The notes below the pieces were generated by a model, which saw nothing but the letters and a program-made list of their open reading frames with translations, was not told the origin of the DNA and searched no databases. Below are positions 31,301-38,571 of a stretch of DNA of 64,000 bases, one piece after another. Source of the DNA: an uncultured Actinomycetota bacterium. GTDB lineage: Bacteria > Actinomycetota > Actinomycetes > DATJPE01. The DNA lies in contig CAWFYM010000013.1 of the NCBI GenBank assembly GCA_963820065.1, forward strand, positions 5,835-69,834. The letters are read 5' to 3'. A program made the position numbers and the translations under genes. The stretch's first letter is position 1. Each line of letters opens with the position of its first letter.

Positions 31301-31589
31301 CGAGGCACCGTTCCAGCTCGTGCTCGGCGGTCGCGTCGTCCGCGGCCGGATCGACGCGGTCTACCTTCGGCCCGACGGCGGCTACGACGTCATCGACTGG
31401 AAGACCGGCACGCAGTCGTCCGACCCGCTCCAGCTCGCCGTCTACCGCGCCGCCTGGGCGCAGATCGCCCGGGTCCCGGAGTCAGTGGTCGGGGCAGCCT
31501 TCTACTACGTGGCCCGCGGGGAGATCGTGCGCCACGACGACCTCCCCGGCGTCGCCGAGCTCACCGCGCTCGTCAGCCGCGCCAGCTGA
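28302..31589 (+). CDS. adnB: ATP-dependent helicase-nuclease subunit, AdnB-like (UvrD/Rep helicase + RecB-family nuclease)
   Basis: GTG 28302 overlaps the adnA stop (GTGA). Canonical UvrD N-terminus FTDQQLAAITAP...AGAGSGKTTV, DEYQDT motif, C-terminal nuclease domain. Confidence 0.8.
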   Translation: MTQLSFLDAPDPGPPMTPSSLRELFGVPFTDQQLAAITAPLEPGVVIAGAGSGKTTVMAARVVWLVGTGAVRPEEVLGLTFTNKAAAELAVRIRTALALLPSPKPTEASGDPASDALPVDGEPTVATYHAYAGRLLRDHGLRIGVEPGARLLADATRFQLAERVLRRAPGPFDSLDKTVPSLVGEIVALDSELSEHLVSTVKLRVHDEALVREIGRVAKPVADVLKTRDAALQRGELAQVVDLLRQEKVSLGVLDFGDQLAEAVRLVREHPSVAAAERRRYKVVLLDEYQDTSVAQMVLLTSLFRDGHPVTAVGDPCQAIYGWRGASVGNIDAFPDDFPQTDGMPARRFDLAQNNRSGGLLLKLANALSADLRARHPGLLELAPRPGVEADGRTVVGLFERQADEVEWVADSVARQLQDPNTRPRDIAVLVRVRADFAPYHDALVARGVPVEVVGLGGLLALPEVADLVATLDVLIDATANTSLVRLLTGPRWRIGPRDLVLLGRRAADLVRTGPGAPDPDDAASVNEGADVDAVDVEQLLEEAVAGVDPAEVVSLTEALERPGGAAYSPEARGRFARLDAELRGLRRHVGDPLLDLLHRVLATTGLEVEVGAAPNAPRTRRSEALASFLDHAAAFADLDGDAGVRAFLAYLAAAERFERGLDTAAPTSGDTVKLMTVHKAKGLEWPIVVVPDVTRGVFPSGRGRSSWITSGSALPTGLRGDASDFPLSPQWSTKGLAAFKAEMKALDELEERRLAYVALTRAKDTLVVTGHWWGPTQKRRRGPSPFLEEVHAHCLAGHGTVAVWTEAPEVEANPWLAEAGGEGFTWPLPLDEDALAERRHARDLVLTSLAELEDPRDQGRSVLPGAGGAGGPEVDGELTAAWDRDAAALLEEARTLHTAVHDVPVPAALSASSLVRLAADPDGLARALARPMPRPPAPAARRGTRFHGWVEGLFGEQPLLDRSDLEGAADDDRVGDADLESLQAAFLAGPYATTPPLRVEAPFQLVLGGRVVRGRIDAVYLRPDGGYDVIDWKTGTQSSDPLQLAVYRAAWAQIARVPESVVGAAFYYVARGEIVRHDDLPGVAELTALVSRAS

Positions 31590-31595
31590 AATCGT

Positions 31596-31656
31596 GTTGA
31601 TCTTGAGAGATGCACGGTCTCGCACGGCGTGTCGTCGTGCATCTCTCACGATCAAC
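31596..31656. repeat. 61-nt palindromic element, copy 2 (GTTGATCTTGAGAGATGCACG...CGTGCATCTCTCACGATCAAC)
   Basis: Same family as 20725..20785. Lies 7 nt after the adnB stop and overlaps the last codons of the convergent EEP gene. Confidence 0.8.
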
Positions 31657-32539
31657 TCGCTGCGGGGTGGCGGGCCGTGGCGGCGTCGAGGTCGACGTCG
31701 ACCGCCAGGGCGCAGTGGTCGCTGATCCCCAGGCGCACCACGTGCTCGGCCCGCACGTCCTCGCTGCCGATGCCCAGACCGAGAATGTGGTCGAGCTGCA
31801 CACGCGGGCGATAGCTGGGGTACGTCGCTCCGCGTGCGAGTGACTCCCAGCCGGTGGCCAGCCGCGGCAAGGCTCCCGGCAGGTTGAAGTCCCCGAGCAG
31901 CAGGACCGGTTTCGGCATCCGGGCTACCCACTGCGCGACAGCTCTCAGCTGTCGCCAGTTGTAGCCGGGGACGAACGACAGGTGGCAGGTCACGGCGGTG
32001 AAGCTCCCGGCGGGACCGTCGATGAGGGCGGCCAGCGCGACGCGTGGCTCGTCCGGGATCCGCAGCAGGCGCGGCCGCGGCTCCTGGGGCACCAGCAGCG
32101 GCAGCGAGAACGGCGCTGGCTCAAAGCGGCGCACCCACCAGCGGCGCACCGGAAAGCGAGACACCATGCCGACTCCGTACGTCGCCCCGTCGGTCTCCCT
32201 CCCGTCGTCGGTGCTGGCGGGGGACCAGTCGGCCTCCACACCCGGGGTCCCGTGGATCGCGGGCACGAAGCGCCAGTGCGGGGTCTCCATGACAGCCGCC
32301 GCGACCTCGACCTGGTCGATCACGCCTGACCGCTCCTGGTGCCGGTCGACCTCCTGCAGGCCCAACAGGTCGGCCGACAGATCCTGGATCGCGGCCTCCA
32401 GTCCGTCGGAGTCGCCGACGCTCAACGAGGGCTCGGCGAGCCCAGGAACCGACGGCAGCGTCATCCCATGGAGAAGGTTGAACGTCGCCACCCGGGCGGC
32501 GCCGTCCGGGGCGGGGTCGATCGAGGCTCGGGCTGGCAT
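31652..32539 (-). CDS. endonuclease/exonuclease/phosphatase (EEP) family protein
   Basis: 295 aa; FNLLHG...GLQEVD N-terminal motif and C-terminal SDHCAL motif of the EEP fold. Confidence 0.75.
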   Translation of the reverse strand: MPARASIDPAPDGAARVATFNLLHGMTLPSVPGLAEPSLSVGDSDGLEAAIQDLSADLLGLQEVDRHQERSGVIDQVEVAAAVMETPHWRFVPAIHGTPGVEADWSPASTDDGRETDGATYGVGMVSRFPVRRWWVRRFEPAPFSLPLLVPQEPRPRLLRIPDEPRVALAALIDGPAGSFTAVTCHLSFVPGYNWRQLRAVAQWVARMPKPVLLLGDFNLPGALPRLATGWESLARGATYPSYRPRVQLDHILGLGIGSEDVRAEHVVRLGISDHCALAVDVDLDAATARHPAAS

Positions 32540-32573
32540 GCCTTGACGGTACGGGTCTCATAGGGTCGCCCCC

Positions 32574-33535
32574 ATGGCTGGTGCGGTCGGGGGAGTCGGG
32601 CGACCGCCCCGGGGGGGCAACGGCGGGGGAGCCCCGCTGGTGGACCTGGCGCTCGCCCGCACGGCGATCGACGCCGTCGGTGAACGACGCAAGGACGCCT
32701 CGTGGGTCGCGGCGGCTTGGGCGGACCCGAGGGCCCGCGTCGTGCTGATCCACGACGGCCGGACCTACGTCTCCGGCGACCGACTGGCCGGCCTACGCCC
32801 CGACGCCGCGGGTGACGTCGAGCCGATCCTGCTCGGCGTCGACGCTGAGGGGGCGCCCTGGTTCGCCGCCCTGAGCGAGCAGCCGCTGCAGGACGTGCCG
32901 GAGCGGGCCGTGGCCGGACTGCGTGAGGTCGGCGCGCGCCTGGACGACCGCGACGCAGGGTTGTTCGTCCAGTCGGTCGCGCTCACCCACTGGCACCGGA
33001 CGCATCCGCACTGCGCCCGCTGCGGGGCCGCGACGGACATGGCGGCGGCCGGCCACACCCGCCGTTGTCCGGTCTGCCAGGCCGAGCACTTTCCGCGTAC
33101 GGACCCGGCGGTCATCGTGCTCGTCACCGACGATGACGATCGCGGGCTGCTCGGCCACAACCCCAGCTGGCCGGACCGGCGCTACTCCACTCTCGCCGGA
33201 TTCGTCGAGCCCGGGGAGTCCCTCGAGCGCGCCGTGCAACGAGAAGTGGAGGAGGAGGTCGGGGTCGCGGTGACCGACGTGTCCTACCTCGGGTCGCAGC
33301 CCTGGCCGTTCCCGGCCTCACTGATGGTGGGCTTCAGGGCCGCTGCCACGACCCGACCACGTTGCGCGTCGACGGCGACGAGATCAGCGACGCGGCCTGG
33401 TTCACTCGCGCCGAGTTGGAGGCGGCGGTCGTGTCGGGTGACGTGGTGCTCCCGCCAGGGCTGTCCATCGCCCGTAGGCTCATCGAGCACTGGTGGGGAG
33501 GCGCTCTGCCTGGTCGGGGAGTCGCCCGTTGGTGA
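32574..33535 (+). pseudogene. nudC: NAD+ diphosphatase NudC (zinc-ribbon + Nudix) carrying an apparent 1-nt frameshift near 33346-33350
   Basis: Up to ...SQPWPFPASLMVGFRAAAT the protein shows the NudC N-domain, zinc ribbon (CARCG...CPVCQ) and Nudix box (GFVEPGESLERAVQREVEEEVGV). The conserved C-terminus (DPTTLRVDGDEISDAAWFTRAELEAAVVSGDVVLPPGLSIARRLIEHWWGG, stop 33535) continues in the +1 frame. The listed 361-aa ORF reads through in the wrong frame. Confidence 0.7.
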
Positions 33536-33552
33536 GCCGTACGTCTCCGGTC

Positions 33553-33798
33553 TCAGGCCGACTGGGCCAACAGCTCCTGCACCTGGAACACGCTCGGGTT
33601 GGTCAGCGTCGCCCCGTCCGGGAAGACCACCGTGGGCACGGTTTGGTTGCCGTGGTTGACCGACTCCACGAACTGCGCGGCCGCGGGGTCGCGCTCGATG
33701 TCGACGATCTCGTAGTCGATCGCCGCGCGATCGAGCTGAGCCTTCAGCCGGTGGCAGGGTCCGCACCAGGGCGTCGTGTAGATCGTCAAGGTGGCCAA
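33553..33798 (-). CDS. mycoredoxin/glutaredoxin-like small redoxin
   Basis: 81 aa, TIYTTPWCGPCHRLK active-site CxxC in a thioredoxin fold. Matches the Mrx1 position between nudC and uvrD2 in mycobacteria. Confidence 0.75.
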   Translation of the reverse strand: MATLTIYTTPWCGPCHRLKAQLDRAAIDYEIVDIERDPAAAQFVESVNHGNQTVPTVVFPDGATLTNPSVFQVQELLAQSA

Positions 33799-33885
33799 GG
33801 TGCGTCCCGTCCTGATCGGTTCGGCAGCGGAATTGCGTCAGTCTTCAACTAACGCCGCCCGGCTGGCAAACCTTCCCCCGCGAGT

Positions 33886-36135
33886 GTGGTGTCCACCACG
33901 TCGGCGACCGGGCGCGTCGCCGTCGGCGGAGCCGGGCAGGATGGGTCCGTGCCCTCGCCCGACGAGATCCTTGCCGCTCTCGACCCTGAGCAGCGTGCCG
34001 TCGCGACTGCCCCGAGCGGCCCGCTGTGCGTGTTGGCTGGGGCCGGCACGGGCAAGACCCGGGCTCTGACCCACCGCATCGCCTACGGCGTCCAGGCCGG
34101 CCTCCACCCGGCCCAGTCGGTGCTCGCGGTGACGTTCACCACGAGGGCTGCCGGCGAGCTGCGTGGGCGGCTGCGCGCGCTGGGGGTCGGGGGTGTCCAG
34201 GCCCGCACCTTCCACGCGGCTGCCTTGCGCCAGCTTCGATACTTCTGGCCGCGTGTGGTCGGTGGCCCGTCGCCGCGCCTGACCGAGCGCAAGGTGCCGC
34301 TGCTCGCCGAGGCGGCCGGACGCTTGCGGCTGGCGCCGGGGCCAACCGGGTTGCGCGACCTGGCCGCGGAGGTCGAGTGGGCCAAGGTGACGCGCACGTC
34401 GCCCGAGGACTACCCCGCGGCGGCGGCGGCCGCGGGCCGCACCCCGCCTATGGATCTTGACGCAGCGACCATGGGTCGGGTGTTCGGCGGCTACGAGATC
34501 GCCAAGCGCGCCAAGGATGTCATCGACTTCGAGGACGTCCTGCTCCTCACCGTCGCTGCGCTCGAGGAGCGGCCCGACGTCGCCGAGGAGGTCCGCTCGG
34601 CCTACCGCCACTTCGTGGTCGACGAATACCAGGACGTCAACCCGCTCCAGCAGCGGCTGCTCGAGCTGTGGCTCGGTGATCGCACCTCGGTGTGCGTGGT
34701 CGGTGACGCCAGCCAGACCATCTACTCCTTCACGGGTGCGTCCTCGCGCTACCTGCTCGACTTCCCGCGCCGGTGGCCGGGCGCCGAGGTCGTCCGGTTG
34801 GTGCGTGACTACCGCTCCACCCCCCAGGTCGTCGACCTGGCCAACCGCGTGCTCGCGGCCGCGACCGGCCCGACCGCCGCCGCACGTCTCGAGCTGGTCG
34901 CCCAGCGCCCTCCAGGCCCGGCCCCGACCCTGCGCGGTTGGCCCGACGAGCAGGCCGAGGCGGCAGGTGTGGCGGCAGCGATCAAGGACCTCATCGACGC
35001 AGGCACCTCCGCGTCGGAGGTCGCGGTGTTGTTTCGCATCAACGCGCAGTCCGAGGCCTACGAAGACGCCCTGACGGCTCTGGGCATCGCCTACGTGCTT
35101 CGGGGAGGGGAGCGGTTCTTCGAGCGGCCGGAGGTGAAGGAGTCGGTCATGCTCCTGCGTGGCGCCGCACGGGCTTCGGGCGGGGGCGACGTCGTCGCGG
35201 AAACCACCGACGTGCTGGCGGCCACCGGCTGGGACCCGGCGGCGGCTCCGGCGGGAGGTGCCGCGCGCGAACGGTGGGAGAGCGTGGCGGCGCTCGTACG
35301 ACTGGCCGAAGACCTGGCGCGGACACGGCCGGGCGCCACCCTCGCCGATCTCGTGACTGAGCTCGACGAGCGTGCTGCGGCCCAACACGTGCCGACCGTC
35401 GAGGGCGTCACCCTCGCGTCACTGCACGCCGCCAAGGGTCTCGAGTGGGACGCGGTCTTCATCGTGGGAGCCGTCGAAGGAATGCTCCCGCTGGTTCACG
35501 CCCAGACGGCCGAGGCGATCGAGGAGGAGCGGCGACTGCTCTACGTCGGCGTGACACGCGCCCGCGAGCACCTGTCCGTGTCGTGGGGCTGGGCGCGCAA
35601 CCCCGGCGGCTCCCGGTCCCGCGAACCGTCCCGGTTCCTCGAGGGGTTGCACGAAGGGCGCGCGGCTGTCTCCGGTTCCGGACGCGCAACCGGTCGCACC
35701 CGTCGATCGGACCGGTCACGCGGTCGCCTCGACAAGCACTGCCAGACCTGCGGCGGCGTTCTCGCTTCCGCGGCTGAACGCAAACGAGGTCGTTGCGCGG
35801 CCTGCCCGCCGTCCTACGACGAAGGGCTCTACGACGGACTCCGGGCGTGGCGCTTGGCTCGCTCCCGGGCCGACTCAGTGCCCGCCTTCGTGGTGTTCAC
35901 CGACGCCACCCTGGAGGCGATCGCCGTGCGTCGTCCGACCAGCCGGGGCGAGCTTGCGACCATCAGCGGCGTCGGTGCGACCAAGCTGGAGCGCTATGCC
36001 ACGGCGGTCCTCGCGCTGGTCGGCGGGGCCGCGCCCGAGTCGCTGGTCGAGGGCTCCGACGAGGCAGAACAGCTCGACCTTGACGCCCCGAGATCCGAGA
36101 CTTCGGCACCACGGGAACAGGCGCTGTCCGACTGA
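33886..36135 (+). CDS. uvrD2: ATP-dependent DNA helicase UvrD2 (UvrD/Rep motor + tetracysteine module + HRDC domain)
   Basis: Walker A AGAGTGKTRAL, DEYQD, C-terminal CQTCGG...CAAC and HRDC-like region (AFVVFTDATLEAIAVRRPTSRGELATISGVG). Start is uncertain: GTG 33886, or GTG ~33952 giving VPSPDEIL. Confidence 0.85.
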   Translation: MVSTTSATGRVAVGGAGQDGSVPSPDEILAALDPEQRAVATAPSGPLCVLAGAGTGKTRALTHRIAYGVQAGLHPAQSVLAVTFTTRAAGELRGRLRALGVGGVQARTFHAAALRQLRYFWPRVVGGPSPRLTERKVPLLAEAAGRLRLAPGPTGLRDLAAEVEWAKVTRTSPEDYPAAAAAAGRTPPMDLDAATMGRVFGGYEIAKRAKDVIDFEDVLLLTVAALEERPDVAEEVRSAYRHFVVDEYQDVNPLQQRLLELWLGDRTSVCVVGDASQTIYSFTGASSRYLLDFPRRWPGAEVVRLVRDYRSTPQVVDLANRVLAAATGPTAAARLELVAQRPPGPAPTLRGWPDEQAEAAGVAAAIKDLIDAGTSASEVAVLFRINAQSEAYEDALTALGIAYVLRGGERFFERPEVKESVMLLRGAARASGGGDVVAETTDVLAATGWDPAAAPAGGAARERWESVAALVRLAEDLARTRPGATLADLVTELDERAAAQHVPTVEGVTLASLHAAKGLEWDAVFIVGAVEGMLPLVHAQTAEAIEEERRLLYVGVTRAREHLSVSWGWARNPGGSRSREPSRFLEGLHEGRAAVSGSGRATGRTRRSDRSRGRLDKHCQTCGGVLASAAERKRGRCAACPPSYDEGLYDGLRAWRLARSRADSVPAFVVFTDATLEAIAVRRPTSRGELATISGVGATKLERYATAVLALVGGAAPESLVEGSDEAEQLDLDAPRSETSAPREQALSD

Positions 36136-36170
36136 TCGCGAGTGGGCTTCGGACGGATTCAAGAACACGC

Positions 36171-36212
36171 CGAAAAAAGTGTTTGCCACATCCGGTGTTG
36201 GTTCCCTACTCT
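36171..36212 (+). promoter_or_regulatory. candidate whiB7 promoter: AT-rich tract (GAAAAAAGTG) abutting -35 TTGCCA (36183-36188), 18-nt spacer, -10 TACTCT (36207-36212)
   Basis: This is the only AT-rich tract in the high-GC stretch. In mycobacteria the WhiB7 AT-hook binds an AT-rich site just upstream of its own -35. Spacing and hexamers were read directly from the sequence. Confidence 0.45.
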
Positions 36213-36275
36213 TCCAGGACCGGCTTGCCGGGCGACCGAGCCCGGCAGCAGCGACGAGTAGAGGAGGTGACCCCA

Positions 36276-36434
36276 GTGGAGAACATGAGCTTCGTGACGG
36301 AGACCAGCACCCTGGGCGCCTTCTCGCACGCCTTCAACCGGGCGTCCGTGATCGTGCCCACGTTCGGTGTCACGGGTGCAGTGTGCCCGCCCGCCGCCGC
36401 TGGCAAGTCCCGCGCCTGGAGCCCACCGGTCTAA
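36276..36434 (+). CDS. whiB7 leader upstream ORF (uORF; ~49-52 aa: [VEN]MSFVTETSTLGAFSHAFNRASVIVPTFGVTGAVCPPAAAGKSRAWSPPV)
   Basis: GGAGG RBS (36264-36268) 7 nt before GTG 36276, with an in-frame ATG at 36285. The ORF ends ~25 nt before the terminator hairpin. Listed ORF 36183..36434 is an over-extension of this frame from a TTG. Confidence 0.45.
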   Translation: MENMSFVTETSTLGAFSHAFNRASVIVPTFGVTGAVCPPAAAGKSRAWSPPV

Positions 36435-36458
36435 CCATCCCAAGACCGGCAGCCTCCA

Positions 36459-36500
36459 GGCCGCGGACCCCCCACCAGGGATCCGCGGCCTTTCTCTTTG
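36459..36500 (+). terminator. intrinsic terminator/attenuator in the whiB7 leader (GGCCGCGGA...TCCGCGGCC + TTTCTCTTTG)
   Basis: 9-bp GC stem with a 14-nt loop followed by a T-rich tract, located between the uORF stop and the whiB7 RBS (GGAGG 36524-36528). Confidence 0.55.
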
Positions 36501-36537
36501 TCCCCCACCCATGAGGTCAACCCGGAGGTGAAACCCG

Positions 36538-36843
36538 ATGATCGCGCTCGAGACCTACGAGCCCGACCTAGTCGGTTCGCTGCTTCCGTGCCGGTCGTTC
36601 GACCCGGAGCTCTTCTTCGCTGAGTCTCCGCAAGACGTCGAGTACGCGAAGTCTCTCTGTACCGACTGCCCCATTCGCGCCCTCTGCCTCACCGGTGCCC
36701 TTGAGCGCCGCGAGCCTTGGGGTGTCTGGGGCGGTGAGCTGTTCATCCAGGGCGTCGTGGTGCCGCGCAAGCGGCCCCGGGGGCGCCCCAGGAAGTCCGA
36801 GGTTGCTCCGGCAGCCGCGGCGCCAGCGGCTGACGCCGCGTGA
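36538..36843 (+). CDS. whiB7: WhiB-family transcription factor with C-terminal AT-hook (WhiB7 ortholog)
   Basis: Four-Cys Fe-S ligands (C...CTDCPIRALC), GVWGG turn, C-terminal RKRPRGRPRKS AT-hook. Adjacent to uvrD2 as in mycobacteria. Confidence 0.85.
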   Translation: MIALETYEPDLVGSLLPCRSFDPELFFAESPQDVEYAKSLCTDCPIRALCLTGALERREPWGVWGGELFIQGVVVPRKRPRGRPRKSEVAPAAAAPAADAA

Positions 36844-37253
36844 ACCGCGACCACGGTCCCCGATCCCAGATCGAGACCCGCTCGACCCCAACAAGCACAG
36901 GCGGGTTGCTGACGCAGCCCGACCACACACCAAGGAGCCTTGCCATGTACCACCTTCAAGCAGAACATCTGGCGCAGGCGCATCAACAGCGTCTCGCCCA
37001 GGCCGAGCAGGAACGCCTGGTGCGTCGGCTGCGGGTCCACCGGCGCGCACAGCGTCGGCTCCGCAAGGCCGAGCACGCCGCGTTGCGGGCTCGGTTGCAC
37101 CTCGCCTCCGCGTGACGGGCATCGGTCAGCAGCACGACAGGCCCCGCACGTGCGGCAATGCACGACCCGGCCCCCGCTGGGAGTGACGAGAAAGTGTGCG
37201 ACACCAACGGTGTCGCAGGCGGACCGTCACCTCCCAGCGGGGGTTCTTGCCGT

Positions 37254-38567
37254 TCAGCGAGGAGAGAAGCCAGGAAGCCAGCGCTCGAGCTCGGAGCGCA
37301 CCGGGACCTCCGCCTCGAGCTGGCACAGGACTCCGACCCCTCCGGCCCAGACCCGGTGGACGAGGAGGTATTCGGGCGGGAGGTTGAGCTTCAGACCGGT
37401 CGACCAGTTTTCGTTGCGCGGATCGTTGACCCGTTTGAACTGGGTCTGCATCCACGGCCTGTCGAAGCGGAAGGTGTCGTGGGAAGCCGGCTCGACGAAC
37501 GGAGCCAGATAGCCCAGCACCGCCTCCGCGTCGACGGAGGTTCGTGCCTTGATGAAGCCCTCCTCGCGCAGTCCGGCCTCGACCGTGGCGGCATCCCCGT
37601 CGAGGGCCACGGCGAGCAGCCGACCGATGGACGCCGGGAGCCCGTGCGGCAGCCTGGCCACGGCCCCGAAGTCGAGCACTCCGAGCCGGCCGTCGGGGAG
37701 CACCCGGAAGTTGCCCGGGTGGGGATCGGCGTGGAGCATCCCAACCTTCTCGGGGGAGGCAAACAGAAAGTGGACGTAGTGACAGCCCGCGTGGTCGCGC
37801 TCAGCCTGGGTGCCCGACCGGATGATCTGCGACAGCGGTCTGCCGTCCATCCACTCCGACACCAGGACGTGCTCGCCGCCGTCCAGCACCTCGGGCACGG
37901 CGATGTCGCTGTCGCCGGAATACGCCGCGGCGAAGGCCGCCTGCGCCTCTCGCTCGAGGCGGTAGTCGAGCTCCTCGACCATCCGCTCGCGCAGCTCGGC
38001 CACCAGGGGCTTGACGTCGAACCCCGGGATCATCGAGCCGAACAAGCGGGCCATCCGGACGACCTGGTCGAGGTCGGCCCGAAGGGCCTGGTCGGCTCCC
38101 GGATATTGCACCTTGACGGCGACCTCGCGTCCGTCCTTCCACACCGCGCGGTGGACCTGGCCGATGGATGCGGCGGCCGCCGGAACGTCGTCGAAGGAGG
38201 TGAAGCGGCGGCGCCACTGACGGCCGAAGGTCTCAGCCAGGACCCGGTGGACCGTGGCCGCGTCCATGGCAGGACCGGCCTCCTGGAGCTTGGTCAGCGC
38301 CTCGCGATACGGGCCGGCCAGCTCGTCGGGAAAGGCGGCCTCGAAGACGCTCATCGCCTGGCCGAACTTCATGGCCCCGCCCTTGAGATCTCCGAGCACC
38401 CGGAACATCTGTTCGGCGGTGGCACGCTGGATCTCGGCGGTGACCAGCTCGGCGGGGCGACCGCCTACCCGCTTGCCGACGCCGAGCGCGGTCCGACCGG
38501 CGAACCCGAGCGGAAGTCCCGCCAGCTTGGCCGTGCGGGTCACGGCTCTTCGAGGCAGCTCGGTCAC
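37254..38567 (-). CDS. ABC1/UbiB atypical kinase family protein
   Basis: 437 aa, ASIGQVHRA...VAVKVQYPG and HADPHPGNF...DFG motifs. GTG start. Confidence 0.8.
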   Translation of the reverse strand: MTELPRRAVTRTAKLAGLPLGFAGRTALGVGKRVGGRPAELVTAEIQRATAEQMFRVLGDLKGGAMKFGQAMSVFEAAFPDELAGPYREALTKLQEAGPAMDAATVHRVLAETFGRQWRRRFTSFDDVPAAAASIGQVHRAVWKDGREVAVKVQYPGADQALRADLDQVVRMARLFGSMIPGFDVKPLVAELRERMVEELDYRLEREAQAAFAAAYSGDSDIAVPEVLDGGEHVLVSEWMDGRPLSQIIRSGTQAERDHAGCHYVHFLFASPEKVGMLHADPHPGNFRVLPDGRLGVLDFGAVARLPHGLPASIGRLLAVALDGDAATVEAGLREEGFIKARTSVDAEAVLGYLAPFVEPASHDTFRFDRPWMQTQFKRVNDPRNENWSTGLKLNLPPEYLLVHRVWAGGVGVLCQLEAEVPVRSELERWLPGFSPR

Positions 38568-38571
38568 TCGG

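Noticed and set aside
36183-36275. 5' extension of the whiB7 leader ORF from a TTG at 36183
   Set aside because: The TTG coincides with the proposed -35 hexamer and lacks an RBS. A strong GGAGG precedes GTG 36276 / ATG 36285.
36840-37115. Small ORF downstream of whiB7 (MNRDHG.../MYHLQAEHLAQAHQQRLAQAEQERLVRR...)
   Set aside because: It may be a real small coiled-coil-like protein, but there is no RBS or motif support and it is rich in Arg/Ala repeats typical of GC-frame artefacts. Left unannotated.
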